Origin: Octopus sinensis
Taxonomy: Eukaryota
DNA: 64,000 nucleotides
Reading direction: 5' to 3'
Assembly (NCBI RefSeq): GCF_006345805.1
Contig: NC_043001.1
Location: 89,838,001-89,902,000, forward strand
Shown in pieces: positions 48,150 to 61,850 of the stretch; the stretch's first letter is position 1; every line of letters starts with the position of its first letter. The notes beneath the pieces were generated by a model. The model had not been told where the DNA came from, made no database searches, and saw nothing but the letters and a program-made list of their open reading frames with translations. The position numbers were made by a program, and so were the translations under genes.

Positions 48150-50900
48150 GCACACCACCCCACACCACACCCACCTGCCTCCCACAGCACACAACCCCAC
48201 CCACCCTACCCTCCCACACACACCCAACCACCTACCTCCCACACGCCTGTTCACACACACACATACGCAGACCCATTTACGTACATACATTCACACATTA
48301 ATCACACACACTTACAGACATACTAGCACACACGAACATACAACCAACATGCACACACACCACACATATACATACGCACACACATACATACTTACACACA
48401 CACACACACACACACAACATACATACAACACAATACACACACACTACATACGCACATACATACACCACACTCACACACACACACCACCGCACGTACATAC
48501 TTCACACACCACATGCAAACATACATGTAGGCACATACATACATACATGCCCACACATGCACACCCTTACACTGAATGCACACACACATACACCTTTTTG
48601 CATCCAGGCAGCCCCCCCCCTCTTTTCTGCTTTCCGGTTTTTGCTGATGGATCCTCGGTTCCCGCGTAGCGGGCGTTTCGAGGGCCTTTGCGCTCGCGCG
48701 CCTTGGCGCGCGCTGGGGCTTGGTCGGCCCCTGGGCTTGCGTTGTACTGCTTGTGCGTTGTGTGCGTGAGCGCGCTTTGTGCGTGTGGGCTTGCTTCGGA
48801 TGTGCGCGTGCGTATGTATGCATACATACCCACACACTCGCATGCATCCCTACCCACATACATACACGCACACCTACTCACACACACACATACACACACA
48901 CACATACCTGCACACACACACACATACATACATACACATACATACCTACTTCAGACATACACACACACAGACATACACCCATACACTCACACTCACACGC
49001 ATACACACACACACATACACACGCACACGTACACATACACACACACACACACACCTACATACATACATTACACTTGTATACACACACACTTACATTCATA
49101 CACACACACACCTACACAGCCATACCCTCACTCAGACACACACATCTACCTACACAACACACAAACACACACGGACACACACCCATACATACATACATCT
49201 ACACACACATGCCTACACACATACATACATAAACACACACATACACATATACACACATACGCACACACACCATATACTTATACACATGCACACACCACAC
49301 ATACATACATACACCCATATACATACATACACACTACCCACATACTCCTATACGCACATACATACACAAAGACACACACTTACACACTCACACAAACATA
49401 CACACCACATACTTACACACACACTCACCTGCACGCGCACACACATGCATGACAAACACCCATACTCACACTCACATACGCACACACCACATAAAAACAC
49501 GCACACGCACACACACACCTACACTCCCACACACATACACACGCACCTACATACACACACGCACGCATACACACATACATTACACACGTACACACACACC
49601 CACATACACATGCATACACACACACACACAAACATGCACGGACACACCCAGACATACACACATACACCTATATCACACGCCCCACACCTACATACACACA
49701 CATATACACACGCCCACACACCTACATATACACACATACATACACACACATACACGGACACACCCACACATACTTACATACATACACCTATACACACACG
49801 CCTACACACCTACATACACACACATGCATACACACACACAACACATGTACGCACATACACACACATATACGCACATACATATATACCCACACACATGCAC
49901 ACACACACACACATACGCACATGCATGCATGCATGCACACGCGCACACCTACACGCATACACACCACACACGCACGTACACATACATACATACACACACG
50001 CATACATACACCCATACACATACATGCATCCGACACACACATACATACAACACTCACACATACATACACACACACACACTCACTCACACACCTGTATGTA
50101 CGCGCACACACATGCACATACACACACTTCCCCACACCCACACGTACATACATACACACTCACACACTACACACACACACACGGACATACATCTATGCAC
50201 ACACATACATACACACATACTCACATACATTCATCGGACACACTGCCACTGCCACCCACATACACACAGACACACTCACACATCCACACATACATACTTA
50301 CGCGCATACTCGCAGGCACGCGCACATACGCACTTGCGCCGGCTCGCGCTGCATACGCGCCGCATACACCTCGCCCTTGGACCTGACGAGACCTCCCGCC
50401 CGTTCCTGGGACCGTCGCGTGTCGTTGGGTTTTCCCACGCCTGTCTCCGCGGTACCACTCTTCCATCTTCCCCTCCCCTCACTGGAGTCCTTTTTCCTTA
50501 AACCCCCCCCTTTTTCGTTACACACACGCGCACACATATACACACCTTGCCTATATATATACATCACTCTAACACACATTCAATCTACTCGCCATTAATA
50601 CCACCACGACACTGGACACACACACACACCTACTACTCAACACACGCTGGCACGCTACATACGCCCCCCACCCCTTCCCCTCCCTCCCTTCCTCCTTCCT
50701 TCTTTTTCTTACTACTGACCTCCCTCCTCCTCCTTCCTTCTTTTTTTCTTACTACTGACCTCGTCTGCTAGCTGACCACTAGTCTCGCCCTACCTCACAA
50801 CGCCTACACACAGACGCACACACTAACACACACATATTTTTTTGTTTTTTCATCTCGCCTCACACACACACATACACACACGCACATGCACACACTCACA
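48150..50900. repeat. About 2.7-kb very imperfect (CA)n/(CATA)n tract with GC-rich islands
   Basis: Read directly; source of the H/T-rich ORFs. GC-rich interruptions at ~48600-48810 and ~50320-50520. Confidence 0.85.
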
Positions 50901-50919
50901 CATACACACACCATCTGTT

Positions 50920-51160
50920 GGGTTACCAACCTTGTCTCCACTCTTTTGCCTTTAAAAACCACTTTGCTCTTGTTATCGTCAACATCCGCCTTTCACCATG
51001 TGCAACTCGTAAACACCAGTCGTCTTTTTTCTCTTTCCCTGTTGCCCGCTCTGATCTTTCTTTCTTTCCTCTCTCTTCCTTCTTTATGTTTCCTCCGCGA
51101 AGAGCTCCGCTCGAACGTCATACCCCCCTGCTTCCATCTCCTGAGCGCCTATAATAATAA
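50920..51160 (+). mobile_element. Probable Penelope 3' terminal region with a degenerate hammerhead-like motif
   Basis: cgaagagctccgctcgaacgtca at 51098-51120 resembles CTGANGA-(A)-GAGC..GCTC-GAAACGTC, but the CUGA core is damaged and one A is missing; pyrimidine-rich UTR-like flank. Confidence 0.4.
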
Positions 51161-51216
51161 TACTGTAATTGTTCCTGTTGTTGTTGTTTTTTTGTTTCCC
51201 TTTTGGATTAAAATTA

Positions 51217-51263
51217 TATATATGTATATATATATGTATGTATATATATATATAATATGTATG

Positions 51264-51294
<31 letters not shown>

Positions 51295-51634
51295 GTATGT
51301 ATATATATATATGTATATATATTATGTATGTATATATATATGTATATATATATATGTATATATATATATATGTATGTATATATATATATATGTATATATA
51401 TATGTATGTATATATATATGTATGTATATATATATGTATGTATATATATATGTATGTATATACATATGTATATATATATGTATGTATATATATATGTATG
51501 TATGTATATATATATGTATGTATATACATATGTATATATATATGTATGTATATATATATGTATGTATGTATATATATATGTATGTATATATATATGTATG
51601 TATGTATATATATATATATATATATGTATGTAAG

Positions 51635-51667
<33 letters not shown>

Positions 51668-51676
51668 GTATGTAAG

Positions 51677-51709
<33 letters not shown>

Positions 51710-51714
51710 GTAAG

Positions 51715-51747
<33 letters not shown>

Positions 51748-51752
51748 GTAAG

Positions 51753-51783
<31 letters not shown>

Positions 51784-51792
51784 GTATGTAAG

Positions 51793-51825
<33 letters not shown>

Positions 51826-51834
51826 GTATGTAAG

Positions 51835-51866
<32 letters not shown>

Positions 51867-51868
51867 AG

Positions 51869-51900
<32 letters not shown>

Positions 51901-51914
51901 AGTATGTATGTAAG

Positions 51915-51945
<31 letters not shown>

Positions 51946-51965
51946 GTATGTAAGTATGTATGTAT

Positions 51966-51998
<33 letters not shown>

Positions 51999-52056
51999 AG
52001 TATATATATATATATATGTATGTTATATATGTATGTATATATATGTATGTAAGTAT

Positions 52057-52104
<48 letters not shown>

Positions 52105-52109
52105 GTAAG

Positions 52110-52141
<32 letters not shown>

Positions 52142-52143
52142 AG

Positions 52144-52174
<31 letters not shown>

Positions 52175-52191
52175 GTATGTAAGTATGTATG

Positions 52192-52222
<31 letters not shown>

Positions 52223-52359
52223 GAGTATATATATATATATATATGTATGTTATATATGTATGTATATGTATGTATATATATGTATGTAAGTATATATATT
52301 ATATATATATGTATGTAAGTATATATATATGTATATGTATGTATATATATGTATGTAAG

Positions 52360-52391
<32 letters not shown>

Positions 52392-52393
52392 AG

Positions 52394-52425
<32 letters not shown>

Positions 52426-52630
52426 AGTATATATATATATGCATATGTATGTATATATATGTATGTAAGTATATATATATGTATATGTATATATATGTAT
52501 GTAAGTATATATATATGTATATGTATGTATAGATATGTATGTAAGTATATATATATGTATATATTTGTATATATATGTATGTAAGTATGTATATATATGT
52601 ATGTATGTATATATATGTATGTAAGTATAT

Positions 52631-52663
<33 letters not shown>

Positions 52664-52708
52664 AGTATATATATGTATGTAAGTATATATATATATATAT
52701 GTATGTAT

Positions 52709-52742
<34 letters not shown>

Positions 52743-52762
52743 GTATATATATGTATGTAAGT

Positions 52763-52795
<33 letters not shown>

Positions 52796-52908
52796 AGTAT
52801 ATGTATATGTATGTATATATATATGTATGTAAGTATATGTATATGTATATATATATGTATGTGTATATATATATATGTATATGTGTATGTATATGTATAT
52901 ATATATAA
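51217..52908. repeat. About 1.7-kb (TA)n/(TATG)n/(TAAG) compound microsatellite
   Basis: Read directly; source of the Y/I/H ORFs. Confidence 0.95.
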
Positions 52909-55820
52909 TAATAAAAACATTGTGTACAGTGTTCAGGTGCACTACAACTCATCTAAAGTGTATGTATAATCAGGTGTAGTTTCGGCGGATTTCGGAAAGC
53001 ATGAGGGCCTTAAAGGATGCAGTGTCATGGCAGTCAACAACTGACGCAGGCAGTTTGTTCCATGCTTCAGCAACTCTGAGCGTGAAAAAATGTTTCCGAA
53101 AGTCATGGGAGCTGTGTTGTTTTCTGACTTTGTAGGCATGTCCACGTGTGTTAGACACATGAAGATCAAAAAGGTGTTCAGTATTGTTGTTGGTGAGGTG
53201 GTTGATAACTTTGTGGGTGTTTACCAAGTCCATCGCCAGATGCCAGAGCTTCAGTGAATCCATGCCCAGGGAAACAAGGTGCTCAGAGTATAGTAGGTGT
53301 CTGATGGAGGGTATGCGTTTGGTTGCACGTCTCTGAACAGATTCCAGGAGGTCAATGTTCTGAGCAAGATAGGGGTTCCAAACTGATGATGTGAATTCCA
53401 AGTGTGGTCGTACCATAGTTGTATACAGTTTTAAATAGATGGCTGGAGAGCGGCTAACAAAAGTCTTGCTGAGTGATGCCAAGACACCCTCGGCCTTCTT
53501 GACAATTTTAGAGATATGCTTTGTCCAACGCAAATCACAGCTGACAGTGATGCCTAGGTCACGCTCGCAAGAGGATTTCTTGATATCAGTGTTGTGGAAG
53601 GAGTATGTGGACGCAAGGTTTTTTCTCCCAAAATGCATGATAGTACACTTGTCCACAGCCAGTTTCAGTTGCCAGTCTGTGATCCATTGCTGCATTGTGT
53701 CCAGGTCTGATTGCAGGAAAGAGCTGTAGACAACAGGATCTGTCCACTTGATTTCAAGGTACAGCTTGATGTCGTCTGCATATTTCAATACTGTGGCATT
53801 CTTTAAATTGGCATCTATGTCATTAATGTATGCCACAAACAAGAGGGGACCAAGGACAGATCCCTGTGGTACACCCGATAACATCTCATATGGTGTAGAA
53901 TGCTGTCCTAGAACTATGACTACCTCCTTTCAGCTGAGAATGAAGGATTTCAACCAGTTAAAAAGATCATCCCTCACACCCATTGCAGAGAGTTTCACCA
54001 TAAGCCTTTTGTGTGGCACAGAGTTGAAAGCCTTAGCAAAGTCAAGGTAGACAACATCCACCCATGAGCCACTGTCAGTGACCTGAGTAATGTCCTCAAG
54101 GAACTCGACAAGCTGATCACTGCAGCTGGAGTTAGGGACAAATCCATATTGTGAGGGTTGGATGAGACTGTGAGAGCTCCAGAAGTTCCAAAGTGTTTCT
54201 CTGACACGATTCCATCAGTTTTGCAATACAGCTAGTGAGACTGACTGGGCGATAGTTGACAGGTGATGTGCGGTCGCCCTTTTTGAACAGAGAAATGACA
54301 CTGGCAGTTTTCCACTGCTCCAGTGTAGCACCATTATTGAGACAGTACTGGAAAAAAATAGAAAGCTGGTGTAAAAGGAAGTACCTGCCACGTTTGAGAA
54401 GCAGGTATGTAACTCCATCAAGACCAGGGAAGGCATAGTTGCGCTTATTTTGAAGGTGACGTCACAGCATTGCAGGTGTAAATTCCACAGTTGTTATGGA
54501 ATTTGCTGTTAGAGATGGTGAAGATGGTACATTTTGATTTTCAACAGTGAATATGTTTGCATAGCACTCGGCCATGAGTTCTGTGCATTCCTTGGGATCG
54601 TCAGTGATCTAGTTTGTGTGAGGGTTGCGAAGAGGGCCCATTGGAGAGTGAGGTCTCTGCTTCGAATGCATATATTTCCAGAAAACCTTGCTGTCAGGAT
54701 TGGCTGCTATGCACTGTTCAAATTCAAGCACTGCTTTTTTTGTCACTTGCTTGAGATGGTTGGAAGATTTATTCCGCTTTTTCCTGTTGGTGTCTGATTT
54801 ATGCAACTTGTATTCCCGTTCAGCAGTCCGACGTTCCCTCCTGGCAAGTCGGACCGCTGAAGTTTCCCAAATTGCATTTTGGGGCGGTTCTTCTTTTTCT
54901 GTTTACGTGGCACTGATGCTGCACATGCTGCCCATATTGAGTCCAGGATACTCTGGAGTATAGTATTCACATCTCCAGAGTTGTAGAATTCACGCCAGTT
55001 TGGGTGCTGTAATTCAGTGTGGTACAGGTTCCAATCTGCTCTCTTCAAACTGAAGGAAGCAGATTGGAGATGGTTCAGATTTTTGTTGTTGCCCGCAAGA
55101 GCCAGATTGGCGATGATCATAGCATGATCAAAGTCGCCTAGAGGTTCCTCCATAGTACAACTGATAACCGCTTCAGGGGTTGTGGTGAAGAGCAGGTCCA
55201 AGGTGTTGTCGCCTCTTGTTGGAGAGGTGACTACTTGTGACCAGTTTGAGTCCAGTACAAGCTCAACGAAATCGTTTGCACTCTGTGGCCAATGGAAGGT
55301 TTCCCAATTGATCTCAGGATGATTGAAATCGCCTGCAATAAAAACATAAGTGGCTGTTTCCCTGGCAGCAGCTCGGAGGATATTGCAAAGCTGTGTGTCT
55401 TGATGGTAATTTGGGGGACGATAAACAACGCCAAGCAGGAGTGTTGATATGGTCATACGTACGTCACAGAAAAAAACTTCTTCTTGTGATTCGTTCAAAT
55501 CGGCACAAGGAATTACCGAAAAATTTGAACGAATGTAGACCATCACACCACCACCACGGCGGTTAATGTGGTCCTTGCGGAAGAGGTTGTACCCAGTAAT
55601 GTTGAAAACCCCATCACAGAGTAAGGAATGTGCCCATGTTTCCGTGACAGTGATGAAGTCAGGGTCAATACTTCTGACGTAGGAGTTGAACAAATGTATT
55701 TTGTTGCATAAACTGCGAGCATTTAAGGACAACAATTTGTACCCTGCTTGCAGTTTATGATGGTGTGTAGAGGATGGCAGGTTGTTCTGGTTTAGTTTCC
55801 CTGAGTTGCTGTAGTTTTTT
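52909..55820 (-). mobile_element. CR1-group LINE, near-complete ORF2 (APE endonuclease plus RT) with 3' UTR, several frameshifts and stops
   Basis: APE: LSLNARSL, VTETW, GGGVMVYI, AGDFNHP, LDL, DHAMI (54743-55735). RT: NYRPVSLTS, YLDFAKAFNSVPH, SGVPQGSVLGPLLF, KYADDIKL (52970-53884). Confidence 0.92.
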
Positions 55821-57149
55821 TATATAAATACACACACACACACACACATATATGCTGTGTGTTTAAGTTTTGCTTCCTCTTCTTGACATTGTGCAACAGT
55901 TGTGTGCTTTTGTCATACAAGTGTTGTCATTTGTTTCTCAATTTTGTGTGAAAGCATCTAGCCATGGGAAAATATTACCTTCTTTGGAAATAAGTCAGCG
56001 TTGGCATAAGGAAGGGCATCCAGCCTGAGAAAATCTGTCTCAACAAATTCTGTGTGATCCATGCAAGCATTGAAAATGTATGTTCAAGTGATGATAATAC
56101 ATATATGTATGTTTATTTGTGCAAATTAACCCCTTTTTCGCTTACCCTAGTTAATGAATATTTGGTGTTACCTCTGTCAGTACTGTAGCAGATTTTGCAT
56201 TTTACTTTCAAATCTAATGTGTTATGATGGAAGTCCATACTGCACTTTAAACAATCGATTTAAGTGTTGTTTGAATATTTTGTTATTTACTATATCCTTG
56301 TATGGTTAATGGAAGGAAAACTATTGAACAGCAGTGGTTTCTTAAACCCCTAGTGACTATTCCAATTCTGGAAATGATTTTACAACTAGTTTTGTATTTA
56401 TACAACTTTAAAATATTTAATGCCATTCCGATTTCTGCATCTCAAATTTGCTCCAGTTTATACAGTCTTGATCCTTTAAGTATGAAATTAAATTTCATCG
56501 TTATTTCTGGAATGATGTTAAATATTTACCAAAAACTAGAATTGATATTTTCTGTACGTCATGTTGGCTCAATAGAATTGACATATCTCAACAAAAAATA
56601 TGTTCAAACATGATATACCATTTATTCTGGTATATAAAACTGCTTCCCACTTTAATGAAATTTGAGTGGATATATCTGATTTCTTCAGTAAGGAGGTCAA
56701 GTTTTTAACGTCTCCCAAGTAGCTCAGCTGGTACTTTAAAAAAATCTTTTGTATTGAACTGTGGAATTCTCTTTAATAATCTCTACACAATTAAGTGACT
56801 AAAATCAACATCACTGGAAATACATTCCTTTAACTGGTTCTGCATAACTCCTGGTTCATTTGTTCTCAGGATCCAGTTTGCTATTTGTTGCAGTCAATTA
56901 ATATGCACACGAAATGAAGCTTCTTAGTATTCATTATAATTCCCTGGTCTCATTTATAAAAACAGAAGCAGGCATGGCTGTGGGATTAAGAAGTTCACCT
57001 TCCAAGATTATGGTTTAGAGTTTAGTCTCATAGCACAACACCCAAAGTGTTTTTTGTAATAACCCTAGGTTGATCAAAGCTTTGTGAGTGGATTTGGTTG
57101 ATGGAAAATGGAAGCCCATTGTATATGTATATATGTGTGTATATATGGG

Positions 57150-57585
57150 GCCATTGACAGTGTCACATAATTGGCAACTGTGCTAGTGGCACATAAAAAG
57201 CAGCTTTTGAGCATTGACCCTCACAGAGACAATGTAGCTGATGCTGGTGTTGAAGAACTAGCAACCATGTCAGTGGCACATAAAAAACACTGGGCCTCAC
57301 AGAGTTAATGACAAATGACTGAGACCTTTGGCAATATGCTGCGCTTCAGATAGAAGAGCCATCAAAACAGAGTGAAATCATAGTCATGCAACTTGCACCC
57401 ATGCTGATGACATGTAAAACTACTCATTACACTCTCAGAGTGGTTGGCATTAGGAAGAGCTTTCAGCTGTAGAAACCATGCCAAATCAGACTGGAATCTG
57501 ATGCAGCCCCTCAGCTTACCAGCCCTGGTCAAACCGTCCAACCCATGTCAGCACTGACAATGGATGTTAAATGATGATGATGTTG
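57150..57585 (+). mobile_element. RTE-type LINE 3' end
   Basis: gagacctttggcaatatgc...tgtagaaaccatgcc...ggatgttaaatgatgatgatg; reverse complement of the pieces at ~28010-28300. Confidence 0.65.
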
Positions 57586-58168
57586 ATTATAAATATGTAT
57601 GTATATATATTTATTATATATGTATTGGTAAAGACATTGGGATTGGACCTATTAAGTTCTACTCTGAGGCTCAAGTCTGGGCAAGGAAGACTGAGCAGTC
57701 ATCCATGCATATCAGTCTCCCCTCTTCACACCACTGATGTTGTCCAAGGGAAAGGATGATAAAGTTTGGGAACTGTGATGTTGCATCTCATTTCCACAGG
57801 TGAGTGAACAGGAGCAATGTGAAATAAAGTGTCTTGCTCAAGAACACAACTCAGAGCATGGTCTGAGAATCAATCTTACAACCTCATGATTGTAAGCCCA
57901 ATACTCTAACCACTGAGCAAAGCACCTTCACTACTATATATATATAATTTAGAGAAAACCTCTATTAAGCAATTTATTAGTGGAAGACGTTATTCACACC
58001 ATATAGGAAAAAAAATATACTATAAAAACCTTATTCTAAAAATCAATAAAGTACATAAGCAATAAATAGTAAATAGTAGTAAAATTATATACATATATCA
58101 TATATTGTGAAATTTGATTTAGAATTACTGAATTGAATTTTTCCTTGTAAGTTTGGAATTATATTCTC

Positions 58169-58214
<46 letters not shown>

Positions 58215-58699
58215 CGTGCGTGTTAGTGTCACTTTGCCTTGACATTGTGCGATAAGTATATTTGAATTGTGTTGTTCATTTGTAGCCGTCCATGGAAACG
58301 TGTGTGTGTGTGGAGGCATTGTTGATGTCACATAACTGGCATCAGTGCCAATGGCACATAAAAAGCAGCTTTCAAGCATTGGGCTATAGGGAAATATTAC
58401 CATACTTGGAAATAGGTGAATGTTTGCAAGATAAAGGGCAACCGGTTATATAAACAGTTATAGAATATTGGATGTTAAAAACAAAAGCATAAATGAAAAC
58501 AATTAACACTGAGCAATATGCCTAGGTTTTCTGGAAGTGTCCTTCTGGTGTGAAGTCTTTTCTGAAAGAAGGATATATATGCACAACTTGGTTTCTTACA
58601 AAAGCCATACAAGGAGGTCTAAATCATTGTAACCTGTAGTTTAATGTTTCATGTTTTACTTTGTTAAAAACCTTTGCAAAGTCTAGGCTTATATTCTTT

Positions 58700-59090
58700 C
58701 TTTTGTTCTTTTACTTGTTTCAGTCATTTGACTGTGGCCATGCTGGAGCACCGCCTTCAGTCAAGCTAATCAACCCCAGGACTTATTCTTTGTAAGCCTA
58801 GTACTTATTCTATCAGTCCATTTTGCCGAACCACTAAGTTACGAGCACATAAACACACCAGCATCAGTTGCCATGGGGGGACAAAGAGAGACACACAAAC
58901 ATATATATATATATACATATACATATATACGATGGGCTTCTTTCAGTTTCCGTCTACCAAATCCACTCACAAGGTTTTGGTCGGCCTGAGGCTATAGTAG
59001 AAGACACTTGCCCAAGGTGCCACACAATGGAACTGAACCCAGAAGCATGTGGTTGGTAAGCAAGCTACTTACCACACAGCCACTCCTACG
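58700..59090 (-). mobile_element. Family-B SINE
   Basis: Reverse complement of 61096-61490. Confidence 0.75.
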
Positions 59091-59908
59091 CCTTATACAC
59101 AGTATTGGTTTAACAGGCTGAGAAGATGTGTTGATGTTCTAATGTTCAGTAATTGTCCTACCATTGTAGTAGCTTAGTTTCTAGCTGGGGAATGGCTACA
59201 TCATTATGCTGAGTCATTGTCCTCTCTGAGCATAATCAATTTTCCTTCAGTAAATTGATTTTATGCAGATATGTGAAGTTAGAGAGAGAATGCATGTAAT
59301 TTTTAGTCTATATTCTACTGGCTCACTTATAGATAATACATATATGCTTTTTTTCAGAGCTTACCATATCCAAGGGAATTCATAAGCTTGTGTATCATAT
59401 ACATATAAATATATATTCCTTTTTCCATTGTTTCTTGCTATACTTCTGTGTTATTCTTTGAACTACCACATTCTTAAGATTACAAAACTGTTCCTCTCAT
59501 CTTTTCCCAATCCTCAAACCCCAGCCTAATATCATCACATGCTCTTGACACAGGGGCTGCTTTAAGCTCTTAGTCTTGTAGGTTGCAATGCAACCACACT
59601 GGTACTGTGAGAAAAAGCACCCAGTACAGCCTGTAAAATGGTTGGCATAAGGAAGGGCTTCAAGCCATAGAAATCATGTCAAAACTGCCTTGAAAGACAC
59701 TAGAGCTTGACAGTTTTCTAACTTACTGCATCCTGTAAGGGCTTCAAGCCATAGAAACCATATCAAAACAGACAGGATCCTGCAAAGGCTTCCAGCCATA
59801 GAAACCATACCAAAGTAGACAGACACCAGAGCTTGACAGTTCTCTTACTGGATCCTGTCAAACTGTTCATTGCATGCAAGTATGGAAGGTAGGTATGAAA
59901 TGATAATA

Positions 59909-60275
59909 TCTCTATATATATAAACGGCAAAATATCTGTCTGTGAGTGTGTCCTTTATACAAATCCACAATTTTTCAGTTAGAGGCTTGCACTTTCTATG
60001 GTCATTCAAAACCGTCCAAGGGTGGTTGTACAGATCTTTACATTTCCCTAGTCACACTGCAAAGCCATTAAAAAATCAATAGAAGTGACTTTTTTGTGAA
60101 TTTTCTATCCAAAACCCAATCAAAATGCCTGAAACTTGATACGCCAATTGAATGCCAGCTAGCTGTATGTGATTGGTCAGAGCTTTGGACAGTACTCGCG
60201 TGTATGTGTGCACGTACACAGCTGTATATGCATGCACTAGTTCTATGACCTGACGTTGCCGGGTCATAGTGCTAG
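59909..60275 (+). mobile_element. Non-autonomous Helitron (367 bp)
   Basis: A|TCTCTATATATATAAA...hairpin...CTAG|T; inverted copy at 20302-20666. Confidence 0.8.
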
Positions 60276-60654
60276 TATTCACATAAAAAAATACACATAA
60301 ATAAATGTGGTAATCATAAATACATTGAATAGTATAGTTGGATAACTGAAAATGTATCACAGGATACATCTTGTTTTTAACTGTTTCAAACGTTTTTTTA
60401 TGAACGATAAACATCATCATCATTGTTTTAGTGTACACCCTTCCATGCTTGCATGGGTCAGATGGAATCTGGTGTTGCAGATTTTTTCATGACAGGATAC
60501 CCTCTTTTCACCAATCTTTACTTGTTTCCAAGCAATTTAGTATTTCTCCATGACAAGACATGCTTTCATAGAAAATGACAAAATGAATGACATTGCTTGT
60601 ATGACAATGACACATACACACACATATATATATATATATATATAGATGCAAGAA

Positions 60655-60818
60655 TGAGTGAGTAGTTAAGAAGTTCCCTTCACAACTATGTGGTTTTAGG
60701 TTCCATCCCAAAGTGAAGTACCTTGGGCCAGTACCTTCTACTACACCCCTGGGCCAATCAAAGCCTTGTGAGTGAATTTGATAGACAAAAACTGTGTGGA
60801 AGCTCATTGCATATGTGC

Positions 60819-60850
<32 letters not shown>

Positions 60851-61490
60851 GCATGTAGGTATGTATGTGTGTGCCTTTGTGCTTGTCTCCACCACTGCAT
60901 GACAACTGATATTAGTTTGTTTACATTTCCATAACTTAGTGGTTTGGCAAAAGAGACCGAAACAATAAGTATCAGATTTAAAAATAAGAATTGGGGTTGA
61001 TTTATTTGATTAAACCTTTCAAGGCAGTGCTTCAGCATAGCCACCATCAAATGAGGAAAAGATAAAAGTCTAATATATATATATATATATATATAGGCAC
61101 AGGAGTGGCTGTGTGGTAAGTAGCTTGCTTATGAACCACATGGTTCCAGGTTCATTCCCACTGCGTGGTACCTTGGGCAAATGTCTTCTACTATAGCCTC
61201 AGGCCGACTAAAGCCTTGTGAGTGGATTTGATAGACGGAAACTGAAAGAAGCCTATCGTATATATGTATATATATATATATGTGTGTATATGTTTGTGTG
61301 TCTGTTTGTCCCCCCAACATTGCTTGACAACCGATGGTGGTGTGTTTACATCCCCGTAACTTAATGGTTCAGCAAAAGAGTTCGATAGAATAAGTACTAG
61401 GCTTCCAAAGAATAAGTCCTGGGCTTGATTTGCTTGACTAAAGGTGGTGCTCCAGCATGGCTGCAGTCAAATGACTGATACAAGTAAAAG
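60655..61490 (+). mobile_element. Two tandem family-B SINE copies (older ~60655-61050; better preserved 61096-61490)
   Basis: A-box-like tggctgtgtgg, B-box-like ggttcattccc, central TA/TG microsatellite and a shared 3' end. Confidence 0.72.
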
Positions 61491-61656
61491 AGTATATGGT
61501 GACACTAAACAAACCGGGCATTTCCATACCTTTACACTATATGAGAGATACTTTCTCCTTGGTAACTGCTGTGACTTTGCCTTTAGCAGTTGAAATATGT
61601 CACAAACATATTTTAACTAACCTAAATTTTACACACACACACATATATATATCTAT

Positions 61657-61850
61657 ATGGAGGCGTGTGGCTTAGTGGTTAGGGTGTCAGCATCATGATC
61701 GTAAGTTTGTGGTTTCGATTCCTGGACCGGGTGACGCGTTGTGTTCTTGAGCAAAGCACTTCATTTAATGTTGCTCTTGTCCACTCAGCTGGCAAAAATG
61801 AGTAACACTGTGATGGACTGGCATCCCATCCAGCAGGGGAACACATATAC
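61657..61850 (+). mobile_element. tRNA-derived SINE, family C
   Basis: Head ggaggcgtgtggcttagtggttagggtg...gtttcgattcctgg; 3' gatggactggcatcccatccagc. Confidence 0.65.

Noticed and set aside
45733-52969. Long ORFs rich in H/T/Y/I/C/V (up to 535 aa)
   Set aside because: Translations of TA/CA/TATG microsatellites, which lack stops in several frames; no domain content or splice support.
61657-61735. tRNA-like sequences (also 6631-6690, 41860-41935, 61096-61170)
   Set aside because: A/B boxes are present but there is no complete cloverleaf with a paired acceptor stem, and each continues into a repeated body, so these are SINE heads, not tRNA genes.
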